From the NCBI GenBank assembly GCA_964188305.1, contig OZ076885.1: 64,000 nucleotides of DNA; one strand, 5' to 3'. Source of the DNA: Podarcis bocagei. Its lineage: Eukaryota. Below the pieces are notes generated by a model. That model saw only the letters and a list, made by a program, of their open reading frames with translations. It was not told where the DNA came from and did not search any database. Positions 60,879 through 64,000 of the stretch are shown here, one piece after another; the stretch's first letter is position 1; each line of letters begins with the position of its first letter. Position numbers and translations under genes: made by a program.

Positions 60879-61989
60879 CCATAAGGCAAGAGCGTCTTTC
60901 AAGTGAGCACACCTTGCGTCATCTTTGAAAGCTGGTGGGAAGGGCAGGGATACTTGTTGGGACATTGTCATGTCCGTCCACTTCTGAAGTTCTTGCCCTG
61001 CTCTCAAACTCCAGAACTGTGCTTCCTGAGCCCTGCATCTGCTGTCAAGGCTGCAGTGTTACTTGCCTGAATAAACATCTCTTCCTTATATAAGTAAGAG
61101 AGTGGGTCTCCCTGTGCTGGAGCCAGGACACGTAAACCCTTCTCAGTGATTGGCCTTCTGGTGGCAGTGGGGGAGCATGTGCTTATGTCAACACACCCAC
61201 CTTTCTTTTTATGTGTGGGCACATCCAAATTTATAATGGTTGCATACCAATTTAACTGCCATGGCTTCTCCCAAAGAATAATGGGAACTGGCGAAGGTGC
61301 CACGCACTCTGTATATGAAATCCCCATCCCCTCTGCTTAAGAAAAAGCAGCATCCAGATTTTTCTTGGGGAGAAGGAATTATTGTTTAAATCTGTCATGA
61401 TGATACGCTCATAGTGTTGTCACTAAGTGATTAGGAACCCATATCCATCCATCTTTCCTTCTGCAACTCCTTGTAGCTAGCTACTCATTATTTAAGTGGT
61501 CGTTGGCAAGTCTTGGGTTGAGAAGCTGCCTGTTCCCAATTTATATATAGCAGAGAGATGGTGGATTTGAACAAAGTTTACCTCCTCTCTTCCACGGAGC
61601 AGAGCAAATATAAGGATCACGATGATGAAGCTTTCCCACATGTCATGCAAAGTGATTTCCGAAAGATCAACACAGTAAGAACAGAATACATTTATTCCCC
61701 CCCCCCCACAGCTTGCTTCTTAGATGGCTTGCGGATGCCATTGCATTACTTGAAAATATAGCTAGAGTGACCTTTCTCACATAATGTACTACTCTCTATA
61801 ATGAAAAATATGTTTCTCACAATGAGTAACAGGATTAACCTGTTGCAGAGCAAAACAGAAGCTTAGAGAGGGGGAGGTACTCTGGAGAGATGCTAGTTCA
61901 TGTTCATAACATTCTAATCCAAATACACATTTACGATGAAGTAAAAAGTACTCAGAGGTTCAACTCCCCCCCCCCTGCCCCAATACAGG

Positions 61990-62320
61990 AATCATAGCTA
62001 GCAAATCCCTGACAGATGGCCGTCCAACCTCTGCTTAAAAACCTCCCCTGAAGGTGAGCCCTACACCTTCCCAGGTGGTCCATTCTAGTATCAAGCAGCT
62101 GTTACCTTCTGAAAGTTCTTCCTAATGTTTAGTTGGAAACTCTTTAACTCTTTTCTTGTCATTTAAATCCATTGGTTTGGGTCCTGCTCTCTGGAGCAGC
62201 AGAAAACAAGCTTGCTCCATCTTCTCATGTGATAGTCCTTCAGATAGTTGAAGATGACTGTCATATCACCTCTCAGTCTTCATAGACATAGCTAACTTCC
62301 TCAACTGTTCCTCATTACAA
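61990..62320 (-). mobile_element. CR1 3' fragment
   Basis: gacagatggccgtccaacctctgcttaaa...aagttcttcctaatgtt...aacaagcttgctccatcttc: reverse complement of the CR1 ORF2 end. Confidence 0.8.
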
Positions 62321-64000
62321 TGGTACTTCTTTCCAAGTAAATAAGCTTAGCATGATGTAATGCATTGTTCTCTCTCCTAATTCCATGCCATTCCTTACAT
62401 TTTTAAATTTTGAAGACTTTCTACATGTCATGCAACTCACAAATGGAATAAATAATGCTAGTAATAATGAAGGGAGGAATTCAGTGTCATGCTAAGGTGT
62501 TTATTCCTTTGGGGCAAGCGTTTTAGCTTCCCAGACATAACCACCCCCTCTTTCTCACCCTCCACTCTTTCAGGGGTTCTCACCCCCACTGAACAAATTG
62601 GGTGGGGGCATGGGTGGGGGGGGAACTCTGTTGTTCAAGCAGAAGTCCTTTTGCAGGTTCAGCATTCAAAATTCACCAGTCGCATTTTGCGCTTGGCCAT
62701 TGGCCAGTTGTGACAGAGTGAAGATACCTGGACACCAGGATGGAGTCTGTTATCTCCACCATCTGGAGGTACATGCCTGGAGATCCTTGGATCTTGACTG
62801 TTTTCACACACTAGCAAAATATCCTGTAGAATTCTGTTACATTTTATCTGTACAATCAGAGAGAATTTCAGGAACCAAAAAGTCATATTGAAAAATCTGA
62901 CTTTGGAGCCGCCTGGCTGAAAAATGGCAGCCAGGCATTCTGTTTTGGCGACTATAACCCTGGCTTCAGGAGCTGTTTGGCACCTGGCTTATATACCTGA
63001 GTTTCTAACACTGGTTGACTCTCACCCAACATAACCAAACATATCTCATTAACACACATTTACCTTTCTTGCCAACATGAATTTGTTATTTTCCAAGGGA
63101 TTCTTTACATATGTTTCCATAGTAAAGAAGATTAGAAACCTTCAACCAGCTAAGACATAATCTATTTCAGAAACACTAATTTAAACATATTTTGTGTCAA
63201 TCCAAGATGCTGCGCTAATTGTACCCCTGACTTCCTCCCCCCTTCCATTGTAATGATGGCAGTGGCTTCTCATGTAGACATTTGTCTGAAACCTTTCTAA
63301 AGAATCACTCTCACACACGGGGAATTGTTGCCTTTGTTTAGCAACCATCACTTGTTAACTGCCCCTTATGACCTGGAAGAGACTGTTCCAAAGTTTCTTT
63401 TTCAGCGCTGTTCCCCAGACGCACTGCTGGCAGTCCCTGACAATTCACCGACAAGCCTCCCACAGCCGTCTGTCAAGCCTTAACCATCTTTTGGGAATTG
63501 CTCTGCAAGCCTATTCTGATTGAGGCCTTTATTAATAGGCTTGGTGCCTCTGCCAATAAAACGAGGGATTCATTAGTTCTGCCTCAAGTACATTTCAATG
63601 TGAACAAAAGTGCCATATGGTAGTACTAGACTGTACGGCGTTAGGAACACTTTTGGAGCTCAGGTTGTTCCGCTCGACAGTATACTTCCTCTCTCTTCCT
63701 GTTTTCATGGGGTTTTTCCCTCCCCCGTATGAAGGAATTTCACATATTGTATATAAAATTGCTGAGTTAATTAACAGGAAGGCTGGAGTCCTAACTCCAC
63801 TTAGCTGGGAGTAAGCCCCATGGAATTCAGTGAGACTTACCAGTACTTCTGAGTAGATATTGTTAGGGTTGCACTGTAAAGTTTTAGTTCAGTAGTTCCG
63901 AAACTCCACCCCGCCATAGATTTCTGAGGTTCCTCCACATGTTGTTTAATATGCAGTTGAAGATGTTGACAATAGGACCCATGGAGGGGAGCGTGGGAAG

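Larger units (their letters stand above)
37409..64000 (+). other. SLC4A10: Intron 1 of SLC4A10 (continues beyond window)
   Basis: GT donor at 37409; no recognisable downstream SLC4 exon; region dominated by TEs. SLC4A10 intron 1 is very long in mammals. Confidence 0.75.

Noticed and set aside
37409-64000. Search for SLC4A10 exon 2, an alternative N-terminal exon, or a REST/RE1 site
   Set aside because: No convincing match seen by eye; a TBLASTN and PWM scan would be needed to exclude them.

Overview
Repeat-rich squamate genomic DNA, most likely a lacertid lizard (inferred from Sauria SINE copies with an (ACCTTT)n tail plus BovB, L2, CR1 and Rex1 LINE pieces), with three assembly gaps. The only host coding sequence I can support is the first coding exon of SLC4A10 (NBCn2/NCBE; MEIKDQGAQMEPLLPT, 37361-37408, + strand, followed by a GT donor) inside a CpG island. 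About 1-36.9 kb is upstream DNA (the TBR1-SLC4A10 interval if amniote synteny holds) and 37409-64000 is intron 1; I did not find exon 2. Almost all other ORFs in the track are transposon remnants or chance frames. The most interesting signals are: (i) two TSD-flanked solo LTRs (11217-11967, 40924-41699), each carrying an intact ORF with an acidic N-terminus and basic C-terminus, one with an HMGN-like RRSARL motif, plus a third decayed example; (ii) Penelope-like fold-back elements with minimal hammerhead-ribozyme-like motifs, including a 282-bp-arm near-perfect palindrome in intron 1; (iii) a divergent pair of CTCF-like motifs upstream of the gene; (iv) MITEs carrying hairpin tandem repeats or unexplained cargo. 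Repeat family names come from motif recognition, not database searches.
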